The notes beneath the pieces were generated by a model that was not told the DNA's origin, ran no database searches, and saw only the letters and a program-made list of their open reading frames with translations. The translations under genes and the position numbers were made by a program. Shown here one piece after another: positions 1 through 8,596 of a stretch of 64,000 bases of DNA. The stretch covers positions 928-64,927 of the forward strand of contig JASMCJ010000008.1 of the NCBI GenBank assembly GCA_030753365.1. Reading direction: 5' to 3'. Every line of letters starts with the position of its first letter. The stretch's first letter is position 1. The DNA comes from Candidatus Woesearchaeota archaeon. Lineage in GTDB: Archaea > Nanobdellota > Nanobdellia > Woesearchaeales > GCA-2687795.

Positions 1-2056
1 ATGCGAGTGTGAAATTACAAATGGAGGAGTTGAAATATGTGATGGGTTAGATAATGATTGTGATGGAAATGTTGATGAAGGAGTGAAGACAACTTATTAT
101 AGGGATTCGGATGGAGATAATTATGGGGTTACTTCTGATACAACACTAGCATGCACAGTTCCTACTGGCTATGCTGAATTGAGTGGTGATTGTAATGATG
201 GTGATGCAGCGATTAATCCAGGAGCAACTGAAGCATGCGATGGAGTTGATAGTGATTGTGATGGTGTATTGGATGGCTCTGAAGGTATTACTCAACCATG
301 CGGAACAACTGATGTAGGATTGTGCAGGTATGGAGATGAGAGCTGCACTAATGCAGGAGGATGGACTGGCTGCGATTCTGTTGAACCAACAACAGAAGTG
401 TGCGATGGTTATGACAGGAATTGTGATGGTTATAAGAATAAAAATAATGCAGGCATTACTTTGACTAGTAGCACTAGCTGCGGCACTGATGCATGTGTAG
501 GTACAAAGACCAAAACATGCTCCACTTCCGGAGCATGGAGAGCTTATGGAGACTGCTCTACAAAGAATAATTATGCTGGAATTAAATGCGGGAAGTGTGA
601 TGCAAGCGGAACTCCTGTTTATGATGAGACAAGGGATAGTGATTGCGGCACAAAGAATTGTGATGGGTTAGATAACTGTTATGCTTATGGAAATGGATGT
701 GAAATAAGAGATTATGATGCTATACAAAAAAGATGCACTGGGTTAGGAAAATGTGAGGATCCTACTTGTTCAAGGTATTTAGCTTCCAACCAGAAAGTAG
801 ATTATTGTGATGGTGATTGGAGTGCATACTGGAGCTGTGGTGATGATGGGAATCTTCATAAATATCAGACATGTTATTCTGTAGGTTGTTCAAATGGAGC
901 CTGTACTAGTACCCCTCATGCGAATACTAATAATGATCATTTCACAAGCTGTGGGGGAAGGAGTTGTGTAGCACCAAAGACTTTTAACATGGATGCTGCC
1001 TGTGTACCTGCACCACCAGCATGCGGAGCAACTGGCACTGCTTGCAGCACTAATGCTGACTGCTGCAATCAAAGAGAGAATAAATGCAATTGGCTTGGGA
1101 AATGTGTTCAAAAAGCAGGATGTCCTTACATATATGCTTGTTCAGAAGAAGATTGCAGCTATGTTCATGATGCATTTGCGATGAGTTTCATGAAATCATT
1201 AGAAGAATACAGTTATCAAACATACAAAGGAAACTTAGATTATATAAAGATAACAGAACCTTTCGAAGAAGAAACATCATACATCAATGATTTCAGAGTG
1301 TATGGGATTGAATCAGACGCATTCTTCCTTCCAGAAGAGAATACTGGCGTATTGCACTCTATAGATGATCCTCAACCTCCTTATAAGGTTGAAGACGATT
1401 CATACTATTTCAAGAAGCAGGGAGATTATGCAAAGATAATAATCAATGCAAGACATACAGGCTTATCAATAAAGACGTTAACATACTTATTAAGCAATTT
1501 AGGAGCAAACTGGTTTGAATTTTATGATAAACAATTTTCATTACCAATAATAAACAAAGTATGGAGAACATCAATTAACCAGTACAATATGCATATATTA
1601 CTGAATGGAGAAGATGTTGGAAATATAAGAGGAAAATCAGATATTATAAATGAAACCGGAGAAGATTTCCTGATATACGCAAAAGTAAGTGATGATCACG
1701 ATTACATAAACATAACGCTTGATTATATAGAGGACTGGTATGTTATCAACAATGTTACAGTTGATTTCTCAGAAGATGTTCCATACAGTATAAAAGAAAT
1801 AGAAACTGATTTCCTTCCTTTCAACATTTCCACAAATGAAGAAAGAATAATCAATATTAAGAATAACTCTTATGATAATTACTTGTTTTCAATAAAGGGC
1901 TGGTACAAACCTTACTGGGCTTTAAAACAAAACCAAAGCTTTGAACAGAGCACAAAGCACCTTTTAACTGAAGTGTTGCCTGCAACAACACTCTTTGGAT
2001 CATGGAATTATGTTGAGAAAAACTTAGAATCTATTAATGATATAGTGAAGGAATAG
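1..2056 (+). CDS. Large Cys-rich secreted/surface protein, 5'-truncated by the window edge. The frame is open from nt 2 and the first in-window start (GTG at 83) is probably internal. The Cys-rich N-terminal part carries repeated C-x-DG-x-D-x-DCDG motifs; the ~290 aa C-terminal part has no Cys.
   Basis: ORF 83..2056 has no in-frame stop back to position 2 (..CECEITNGGVEICDGLDNDCDGNVDEGVKT..). Repeated motifs CDGVDSDCDG, CDGYDRNCDG and CDGLDNDCDG match the widespread putative metal-binding Cys-Asp repeat. Composition switches to Cys-free after about aa 370. Confidence 0.6.
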   Translation, partial: CECEITNGGVEICDGLDNDCDGNVDEGVKTTYYRDSDGDNYGVTSDTTLACTVPTGYAELSGDCNDGDAAINPGATEACDGVDSDCDGVLDGSEGITQPCGTTDVGLCRYGDESCTNAGGWTGCDSVEPTTEVCDGYDRNCDGYKNKNNAGITLTSSTSCGTDACVGTKTKTCSTSGAWRAYGDCSTKNNYAGIKCGKCDASGTPVYDETRDSDCGTKNCDGLDNCYAYGNGCEIRDYDAIQKRCTGLGKCEDPTCSRYLASNQKVDYCDGDWSAYWSCGDDGNLHKYQTCYSVGCSNGACTSTPHANTNNDHFTSCGGRSCVAPKTFNMDAACVPAPPACGATGTACSTNADCCNQRENKCNWLGKCVQKAGCPYIYACSEEDCSYVHDAFAMSFMKSLEEYSYQTYKGNLDYIKITEPFEEETSYINDFRVYGIESDAFFLPEENTGVLHSIDDPQPPYKVEDDSYYFKKQGDYAKIIINARHTGLSIKTLTYLLSNLGANWFEFYDKQFSLPIINKVWRTSINQYNMHILLNGEDVGNIRGKSDIINETGEDFLIYAKVSDDHDYINITLDYIEDWYVINNVTVDFSEDVPYSIKEIETDFLPFNISTNEERIINIKNNSYDNYLFSIKGWYKPYWALKQNQSFEQSTKHLLTEVLPATTLFGSWNYVEKNLESINDIVKE

Positions 2057-2134
2057 ATTATATTTCTCTTAAAATTCTTGTTATGCTGAGCTCAAATCAA
2101 AGATTTTATAAATATATAATGCAAAAATCTTATT

Positions 2135-2488
2135 ATGCTACTTACAAAAAAATTAGAAATAGAATTGTTTTTTGAAATAATCCTATTTTTTGCAGGTGTT
2201 GTAATAATAACTATTTTCTTTAACAATAATATTCTTCTTACATTTCTGTTTATTGTAATAGGGGTAATAAGAAAAATATTTTGGCACAAAAAACATGATG
2301 TCTATTATTTTGTATGTGGAGCAATTATAGGTTCACTTGCGGAAATTATATGTGTCTATTTTGGAGTCTGGCAGTATGCAAATCCTTCTTTCTTGGGAGT
2401 TCCAATGTGGTCACCACTGGCATGGGGACTTGTTACAATGTTAGTTATACAAATTGCTGAAAAATTCATTAAGATGAAAATGAAGTAA
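2135..2488 (+). CDS. Small hydrophobic membrane protein (hypothetical)
   Basis: 117 aa with 3-4 predicted TM segments; no recognizable motif. Confidence 0.35.
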   Translation: MLLTKKLEIELFFEIILFFAGVVIITIFFNNNILLTFLFIVIGVIRKIFWHKKHDVYYFVCGAIIGSLAEIICVYFGVWQYANPSFLGVPMWSPLAWGLVTMLVIQIAEKFIKMKMK

Positions 2489-2505
2489 TATTCTGAACTT
2501 TTTTG

Positions 2506-4257
2506 CTAAGAGTAATACAGTTTCCCAGCACTTTTCTGCTCTCTGTCTTTGACGGAGTTGATTTTATTGATTCTTGGGCGATGGCTTGTGCCGTCTCTTC
2601 TTAGAGTGAGATTGAGCAGGGTTAGGAGGGAGTTCATGCCTTGTTCCATGGAGAAGGGGCCTTTGACCAGGCCATGTTTTGCTGGGGTTCCTTCAAATAC
2701 TAATAGTCTGTCTGATAAGTAGTCTAAGAATAATAAGTCATGGTCTACTATGATTGCTGAGATGTTTCTTTGCTCTATGATGTGTTTTATTACTTTGGAT
2801 ACTTTTAGCCTTTGTTCTACGTCAAGGTAGGCTGAGGGCTCGTCTAATAGGACAAGGTTGCAGTCTTTTGATAATGATAGGGCGATGGCTACCCTTTGGA
2901 GTTCTCCTCCTGAGAGCTGGTTGATTTGCTTTGTTAGTAAAGGCTTTATGGTTAGAGGGACTATGATTTCATTGTCATATTTCTTTATGGCATCTTTCAT
3001 GATGTTCATGACTAACTCGTTAGAGGTTGAGTCTATGTATTGAGGCTTGTAGGAGACTTTGACTTTTGTGTCAGGGCTGCCTTTGTCTGGCTTTATGACT
3101 CCTGCAAGGAGCTTGACAAAGGTGGTTTTTCCTATACCGTTTTCTCCTAGCACGCCTACTGCTTCGCCTTTGCTGACTTCGCCTGGCTCTGCTATGAGAT
3201 TGAAGTTTCCTAACTTCTTTTCCATGCTTTTCCAGCTGGTTAAAGGGTTTCGCTTTTTTTCTTTTTCTTTGGCTTTGATTTCAAATTCAATTTTTGAGTT
3301 ACGGAATCTTATGTTGTCTTCTTTTAGGAAGCCTTCAAGGTATGCGTTTATGCCGTTTTTTGTTGTTCTTGGAAGAGAGACTATTCCATAGCAGTCTTCT
3401 TTTCCGTACATGATATGGATTAGGTCTGTCATGTAGTCTAGTGCTATGAGATCGTGCTCTATTATCATGACTGAGGTGTTTTCGTCTGCTAGCACTCTTA
3501 TGAATCTTGAAACATTGAGCCTTTGCTTTATGTCAAGGTATGATGTGATTTCGTCAAAGATGTATACGTCAGCCTTTTTTAAGACTGTGGCTGCTATAGC
3601 AACTCTTTGCAATTCTCCACCGGATATGCTTTCTATTTTGCTGTTGAGTATTGGCGTTATGTCTAGCTGCTGGGCTGTTTCTTCTAGTTTGTTTTTTTCG
3701 TCTACTTTCTTTAATAGTTCTTTTACAGTGCCTTTGAATGTTTGAGGGATTAGGTCTACCTGTTGGGGCTTGTAAGAGATTTTGATGTTTTTGTCTCTTA
3801 CTTTTTCAAAGAAGGATTGGGCTTCTGTGCCTTTGAAGTATTCAATTAGCTCTTTGTGGGTTGCTGCTTTTCCTTTTTCCCCAAGGTTTGGCTTGAGCAT
3901 GCCTGCAAGGATTTTGATGGCTGTGGATTTTCCTATGCCGTTTACTCCCAGTATGCCTACTACTTTGCCGAATACTGGTATTGGAAGGCTGTAGAGTGAG
4001 AAACCGTTTACGCCGTAACGGTGGATTGGCTTTTGTTTTAGTTCTTCTGGGAGGTTTATGATTGAGATTGCTTCTATGGGGCATTTGACGCAGATGTTGC
4101 AGCCTATGCAGAGAGATTCATCTATTATTACCTTGTTGTCTGTGCCCATGGTTATGCATTCTTTGCCTGTTCTGTTTACTGGGCAGGCTTTTATGCAGAA
4201 CTTGCCAGAGCTTTCTGGCTTGCATTTCTCTTTACGGACTATTGCGATTCTTGCCAT
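2506..4257 (-). CDS. abcE1: ABCE1 / RNase L inhibitor-type ribosome recycling ATPase (twin-NBD ABC protein with N-terminal 4Fe-4S domain)
   Basis: N-terminal Cys clusters (CKPESSGKFCIKACP and CIGCNICVKCP). Two Walker A sites (GVNGIGKST, GENGIGKTT) and two LSGGELQRVAIA signatures. Length 583 aa. Confidence 0.9.
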   Translation of the reverse strand: MARIAIVRKEKCKPESSGKFCIKACPVNRTGKECITMGTDNKVIIDESLCIGCNICVKCPIEAISIINLPEELKQKPIHRYGVNGFSLYSLPIPVFGKVVGILGVNGIGKSTAIKILAGMLKPNLGEKGKAATHKELIEYFKGTEAQSFFEKVRDKNIKISYKPQQVDLIPQTFKGTVKELLKKVDEKNKLEETAQQLDITPILNSKIESISGGELQRVAIAATVLKKADVYIFDEITSYLDIKQRLNVSRFIRVLADENTSVMIIEHDLIALDYMTDLIHIMYGKEDCYGIVSLPRTTKNGINAYLEGFLKEDNIRFRNSKIEFEIKAKEKEKKRNPLTSWKSMEKKLGNFNLIAEPGEVSKGEAVGVLGENGIGKTTFVKLLAGVIKPDKGSPDTKVKVSYKPQYIDSTSNELVMNIMKDAIKKYDNEIIVPLTIKPLLTKQINQLSGGELQRVAIALSLSKDCNLVLLDEPSAYLDVEQRLKVSKVIKHIIEQRNISAIIVDHDLLFLDYLSDRLLVFEGTPAKHGLVKGPFSMEQGMNSLLTLLNLTLRRDGTSHRPRINKINSVKDREQKSAGKLYYS

Positions 4258-4293
4258 AGAAGCGTTAAAAGTAAGGGTTGTTTTTAAATGTTA

Positions 4294-5235
4294 TTAAGCA
4301 AAGAACATGATTTTCATAAAGAGGTATGAAAGGTAGAATAAAATAAGGGTTACTGCTTCAGGCTTGCCAAGTTTCATTTTCTTTTTGAAGAAGAAGATTA
4401 GGAGTAATGAGACAAAGAACCAGAATGGGATGTCAAAGAAGGTGATTACTTTGTCTACAGTGTAACCTGAGACCATTGCACCTATGCCTAATGCAAATAA
4501 AGGGTTGGTTATGTTTGAACCTATTAGTGTGCCTAATGACATGCCTGTGGAACCTTTTAGGATTGCTCGTATGGCAACTGTGAGTTCAGGCAGCGCAGTG
4601 ATTAATCCAATTATTATGCTTCCTATAAAAGAGTCTCTTACTCCCCAAAGAGCTGCTAATGTGTCTGCGTTTGTTACAACGACTTTTGCAGAATATAATA
4701 GCAGCGCTAAGCCTATGCATGTTAAGATAGAGTGCTTTAGTATGTTATCCTTAGACTTATGATGATTTCTGAATATTTTTTCGCCTTTTGTTAGGTAGAT
4801 TAGGTAGCCAATGTAAATAAAGGTTAGGATGAAGCCTTCAGTTCTTGATATTTTACCATCTAAGCACATTACAAAAAGAAGGATGATGCCAGAGAGCATT
4901 ACTATGGAGTCTATATTAAGTATTTTCTTATGGGATTTTACAAGAACCATTAGACCTATTAAGCCCATGATAAAGGTTATCTGGATTATGTTGGAGCCAA
5001 TGTTTGTGCCTATTGCTATGTTGCTTGTATCAATTCCCTTTAAGACGTCCATGCTGACTACAAGATGGGTAAAGATTTCTGGAAGAGAAGTGGCGATGGA
5101 GAGAACTGTGAGACCTATGAAGGCTTCTGTCATGTTGATGGCTTTTGCAATTTTCTGGAGGTTTATGACTGCTATGCCTGCACTTATCCAGATGCCTATT
5201 AGGCCTAACATAAGATATAATATCTGAAGGTCCAT
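4294..5235 (-). CDS. Na+/Ca2+ exchanger family (CaCA, YrbG-like) membrane protein
   Basis: Polytopic, with two alpha-repeat-like motifs (ATSLPEIFTH and ITALPELTVAI) typical of CaCA antiporters. Confidence 0.75.
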   Translation of the reverse strand: MDLQILYLMLGLIGIWISAGIAVINLQKIAKAINMTEAFIGLTVLSIATSLPEIFTHLVVSMDVLKGIDTSNIAIGTNIGSNIIQITFIMGLIGLMVLVKSHKKILNIDSIVMLSGIILLFVMCLDGKISRTEGFILTFIYIGYLIYLTKGEKIFRNHHKSKDNILKHSILTCIGLALLLYSAKVVVTNADTLAALWGVRDSFIGSIIIGLITALPELTVAIRAILKGSTGMSLGTLIGSNITNPLFALGIGAMVSGYTVDKVITFFDIPFWFFVSLLLIFFFKKKMKLGKPEAVTLILFYLSYLFMKIMFFA

Positions 5236-5282
5236 AGAGTATTGTTTTTAGGATAGAATGTATATAAAGATTGTTATTTAAT

Positions 5283-5322
5283 AAAAATCCCAATCACAGC
5301 AAGCTGTGAGGTACGAAAAAAC
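5283..5322. terminator. Terminator-like hairpin module HP1: A-tract, CCCAATCACAG-CAAG-CTGTGAGG stem-loop, then a second small hairpin AAAAACC-TTT-GGTTTTT. Member of the dispersed hairpin family.
   Basis: Stem CACAG/CTGTG with CAAG tetraloop, flanked by AAAAATCCC. Same architecture as the copies at 10715, 13601, 31921 and 53415, with compensatory stem changes. Confidence 0.45.
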
Positions 5323-5351
5323 CTTTGGTTTTTGGTATCCCTCTGGAATAT

Positions 5352-5492
5352 TGTCAAAAGTCCGTGACCACCACCAGTCAATAGACTGGTGGCATGCTCG
5401 CCCACTCAAGTGGGCTCGGGTCACTCCCTCTTGAGCACATTTTATTCCACTTTGAACCACCAGTCTAGACTGGTGGAATAAAATGTTTTAAA
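5352..5492 (+). repeat. Structured repeat core, copy 1 (~141 nt) with nested perfect palindromes; near-identical to 18823..18962
   Basis: Contains CCACCAGTC-AATA-GACTGGTGG, GCCCAC-TCAA-GTGGGC and the perfect 20 nt palindrome CCACCAGTCTAGACTGGTGG. The outer pairs GTGACC/GGTCAC and CATTTTATTCCAC/GTGGAATAAAATG compete with the inner palindrome. Matches 18823..18962 with about 3 mismatches. Confidence 0.7.
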
Positions 5493-5507
5493 CTTCATAT
5501 TTTAATC

Positions 5508-5540
5508 CAACCGTTGCAAGCAACGGGGTATTAAACCCAT
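5508..5540. other. Hairpin module HP2 (CCAACCGTTG-CAAG-CAACGGGG then TATTAAACCC), enclosed by inverted repeat ACTTCAT/ATGAAGT
   Basis: Stem CGTTG/CAACG with CAAG tetraloop followed by GGGGTATTAAACCC. Homologous to GCCGATG-CAAG-CATCGGGGTATAAAACCC in the 99 nt repeat unit. Confidence 0.4.
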
Positions 5541-5579
5541 GAAGTAATAAAAAGATTTATATAATTAATAAATTGATGA

Positions 5580-6425
5580 ATGGTTATGATTGATATTAGC
5601 GCGCTTAATATAAAACCTGAAATACTTATTAAGATAATCAGGGTTGCTGTAATGCTTGTTATTCTTGAGGTATTGTATCAGATTATTACAAAGAGTATTA
5701 AGAAAGTTTTGCTTAATAAGATTAAGAGCAAAAGACAAAGATCTAATGTTATTGTATTCTTTAATATATTAAGATATTTGTTTATATTCCTGATAATACT
5801 TATACTGATATTTACTTATACTGGCTCATGGACAGGGTTAGGGATTTCAGCAGGATTGTTGACTGCTGCATTGGGTTGGGCATTGCAAAGGCCAATTACA
5901 GGCATTGCTGCATGGATTATGGTTGTTACGAAGAAACCATTTAGTATTGGAGATAGGATTATTATTGGCTCTGTTAAGGGAGATGTGTCTGATATAACAT
6001 TGACGCATATTTATCTGAAAGAGATTGGTGGGACTGTTGGAGGAGAGGAGAGTTCAGGAAGGATAATATTGGTGCCTAATTCTGTGCTTTTTGAGCAGAA
6101 TATTGTTAATTATACGATGCAGGATGAGTTTATATTGAGCGAGGTTAGGACACTTGTGACTTATGAGTCTAATCTTGATGAGGCTGTTAAAATATGTAAG
6201 GAAGCTGCGGGAAAGGTTACAAGGGATGTTTTAAATGAAGTTCCAGAGAAACCTGTTGTAAGGACGTTTTTTAAGGATTCAGGGATTGTTGTTAAGGTGA
6301 GATTTTTTACAAAGACTGATGATAAAATAAAGGCGGAGAGTGATATTACACAAGCTATATTTGAGATGGTGAAAGAGTCTAAGAATGTTGATATTGCTTA
6401 TCCGCATATACAAATAGTTAAGTAA
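5580..6425 (+). CDS. mscS: Small-conductance mechanosensitive channel (MscS family)
   Basis: Three N-terminal TM helices followed by the MscS beta-domain region (GDRIIIGSVKGDVSDITLTHIYLKE..ILVPNS). Confidence 0.8.
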   Translation: MVMIDISALNIKPEILIKIIRVAVMLVILEVLYQIITKSIKKVLLNKIKSKRQRSNVIVFFNILRYLFIFLIILILIFTYTGSWTGLGISAGLLTAALGWALQRPITGIAAWIMVVTKKPFSIGDRIIIGSVKGDVSDITLTHIYLKEIGGTVGGEESSGRIILVPNSVLFEQNIVNYTMQDEFILSEVRTLVTYESNLDEAVKICKEAAGKVTRDVLNEVPEKPVVRTFFKDSGIVVKVRFFTKTDDKIKAESDITQAIFEMVKESKNVDIAYPHIQIVK

Positions 6426-6438
6426 AAAAGAGGTAAAA

Positions 6439-7377
6439 TTGGAATTTGTGTTCCCATTAATAACTGCTGTACTGAGCATTTTGGTTATTATGAAGTCTGC
6501 TTCTTATGCGATTAATGCTATTATAGATTATGCTAAGAAGACTGGCATTTCTGAGTATTTGATTGGGTTTTTGGTTGTTTCTATTGGTACAACGTTGCCT
6601 GATTTGTCTGCAGGGATTTTTGCGTCATTGTCTGGGCAAGGAGCTCTTATATTGGGAGATGTTATTGGTTCAAATATTCTTGATGTGACTGTTGTGTTGG
6701 GGATTGCTGCAGTGATTGCCAGAAAGGTTAAGGTTCATGGCAAGATAGTTGACAGGACGATGTTTACTACATTGTTTATGGTTTTATTGCCTTTACTACT
6801 TGGGTTAGATGGAATGATTTCAAGGCTTGATGGAATGATATTATTGACAGCTTTCCTTGTTTATTTATCGAGATTGCTTAAAAGAGAGGGTGAATTGGGA
6901 AAGGTCAAAAAGGATGTTAAGTGGAAGAATATATGGAAAGATATGTTTGTTTTTGTTGGCTCGTTGATTGCATTGCTGTTGAGCGCAAGATGGCTTGTGA
7001 TTTCCGCTTTAAGGTTGTCTTATATATTTAACATCCCTGTGTTTGTGATGGGACTTGTGTTTGTTGCTATTGGGAATACAACTCCTGAGCTTATGGTGCA
7101 GATTAAGGCTGTGATGAGTGGGCATACGACCATGGGATTTGGCAATATTCTGGGAGCGGTTGTTGCAAATTCAACGTTGGTGATTGGAATTTCTTCTATT
7201 ATAAATCCTATTCTTTTTGATAAGAAGGCTTTTATGATTCCTGCACTTTTTGCTGTGACTGCTGTGTATATTGGTATTCTGTTTATTAAGAAGAAAGAGG
7301 TTACATGGCAGGAAGGAATCGCATTGTTTTTAATATATGCTACATTCTTAGCTTCTGAGATATTCCTATTAAGATGA
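6439..7377 (+). CDS. Na+/Ca2+ exchanger family (CaCA) membrane protein, second paralog
   Basis: Alpha-repeat motifs GTTLPDLSAG and GNTTPELMVQ, about 10 TM segments. Its stop overlaps the next start (ATGA at 7374..7377). Confidence 0.75.
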   Translation: MEFVFPLITAVLSILVIMKSASYAINAIIDYAKKTGISEYLIGFLVVSIGTTLPDLSAGIFASLSGQGALILGDVIGSNILDVTVVLGIAAVIARKVKVHGKIVDRTMFTTLFMVLLPLLLGLDGMISRLDGMILLTAFLVYLSRLLKREGELGKVKKDVKWKNIWKDMFVFVGSLIALLLSARWLVISALRLSYIFNIPVFVMGLVFVAIGNTTPELMVQIKAVMSGHTTMGFGNILGAVVANSTLVIGISSIINPILFDKKAFMIPALFAVTAVYIGILFIKKKEVTWQEGIALFLIYATFLASEIFLLR

Positions 7378-8594
7378 AATTTGCGCATTTTGCTGACTGC
7401 CATATTGGATCATGGAGAGAGCCTAAGCTGAAAGAGATTAGTACAATGGCTTTTGTTAAGAGTGTTGATTTGTGTATTGAGAAGAGGGTTGATTTTGTTC
7501 TGATTGCAGGAGATTTGTTTAATACTTCATTGCCTTCTATTGATATGCTGAAGGAGACTGTTGTTAAGCTGAAGGAGCTTAAGGATAATAAGATTCCTGT
7601 GTATGTTATTGCTGGGTCGCATGATTATTCTCCTTCAGGGAAGACTATGCTGGATGTGCTTGAGAGCGCTGGATTGTTTGTTAATGTTGGGAAGGGTGAG
7701 GTTGTTGATGGCAAGATTAAATTGAATTTTACTGTTGATGAGAAGACTGGTGTTAAGATTACTGGCATGATGGGGAAGAAGGCTGGACTGGAGAGAGTGT
7801 ATTATGAGAATTTGATTAGAGAGAATCTTGAGAATGAAGAAGGGTATAAGATTTTCATGTTTCATTCTGCGATTACTGAGCTTAAGCCTAAAAGTATGGA
7901 GAAGATTGATTCCAGACCTTTGAGTTTTCTGCCTAAGAAGTTTGATTATTATGCGGGAGGGCATCCGCATTTTGTGTTTTCTGAGAAGATTGAGGGTTAT
8001 GGAACGATTGCTTATCCTGGACCGTTGTTTCCTAATAATTTTAAGGAACTTGAAGAGTTGAGCAAAGGAGGGTTTTTTATTGTTACAGATAATAATGTTG
8101 AGTGGCAGCCTGTGCAGATTTATAATACTGAACATATTAAGGTTGAGTGTGAGCATAGGAAGCCTGAAGATGTTGAAAGGGAAATTTTGGATGGTATTTC
8201 TAAGAAGGAGTTTATTAATACGATTGTTACTCTAAGATTGAGCGGGGTTTTGGAGTGTGGGAAGCCGTCTGATATTGATTTTAAGGAGATTTTTAAGAGG
8301 TTGTATGAGAAGTCTGCTTTTTTTGTTATGAAGAATACGAATGCTTTGAGCACTAAAGAGTTTGAGGAGGTTAAGGTGAGCGCTAGTTCTATAGAGGATA
8401 TTGAGGAAGATATTATTAAGGAGCATGCTGGCCAGATAGAGATTGAGGACTTTTCTCCTGAGCTGGTTACCAAAGAGCTGATGAATGTTATTAACAAGGA
8501 GAAGGATGAGGGCGAGAAGGTTGGTGATTTTGAGAAGAAGGTTAGCGATGAGGTTAAGAAGATTTTGGGTGTGGAGAAGGTGTTTGGAGGTTAA
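7374..8594 (+). CDS. Mre11/SbcD-family calcineurin-like metallophosphoesterase (putative DNA repair nuclease) with acidic C-terminal tail
   Basis: Motifs in Mre11 order: ADCHIG, AGDLFN, AGSHD, GGHPHF. N-terminus MKFAHFADCHIG resembles archaeal Mre11. No Rad50 partner is adjacent. Confidence 0.6.
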   Translation: MKFAHFADCHIGSWREPKLKEISTMAFVKSVDLCIEKRVDFVLIAGDLFNTSLPSIDMLKETVVKLKELKDNKIPVYVIAGSHDYSPSGKTMLDVLESAGLFVNVGKGEVVDGKIKLNFTVDEKTGVKITGMMGKKAGLERVYYENLIRENLENEEGYKIFMFHSAITELKPKSMEKIDSRPLSFLPKKFDYYAGGHPHFVFSEKIEGYGTIAYPGPLFPNNFKELEELSKGGFFIVTDNNVEWQPVQIYNTEHIKVECEHRKPEDVEREILDGISKKEFINTIVTLRLSGVLECGKPSDIDFKEIFKRLYEKSAFFVMKNTNALSTKEFEEVKVSASSIEDIEEDIIKEHAGQIEIEDFSPELVTKELMNVINKEKDEGEKVGDFEKKVSDEVKKILGVEKVFGG

Positions 8595-8596
8595 AA

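Noticed and set aside
890-1184. ORFs 890..1111 (-) and 993..1184 (+) inside the Cys-rich protein gene
   Set aside because: They are nested within a long, motif-bearing coding frame. No independent support.
2858-4297. Several 60-110 aa plus-strand ORFs (2858..3043, 3059..3391, 3446..3745, 3782..3994, 4058..4297) and minus-strand 3842..4084
   Set aside because: All are antisense or out-of-frame within the strongly supported ABCE1 gene. They are typical shadow ORFs.
5278-5460. 60 aa ORF on the minus strand (MVQSGIKCAQEGV..)
   Set aside because: It lies entirely inside the palindromic repeat element, and its Trp/Cys-rich sequence is the translation of the hairpins. Spurious.
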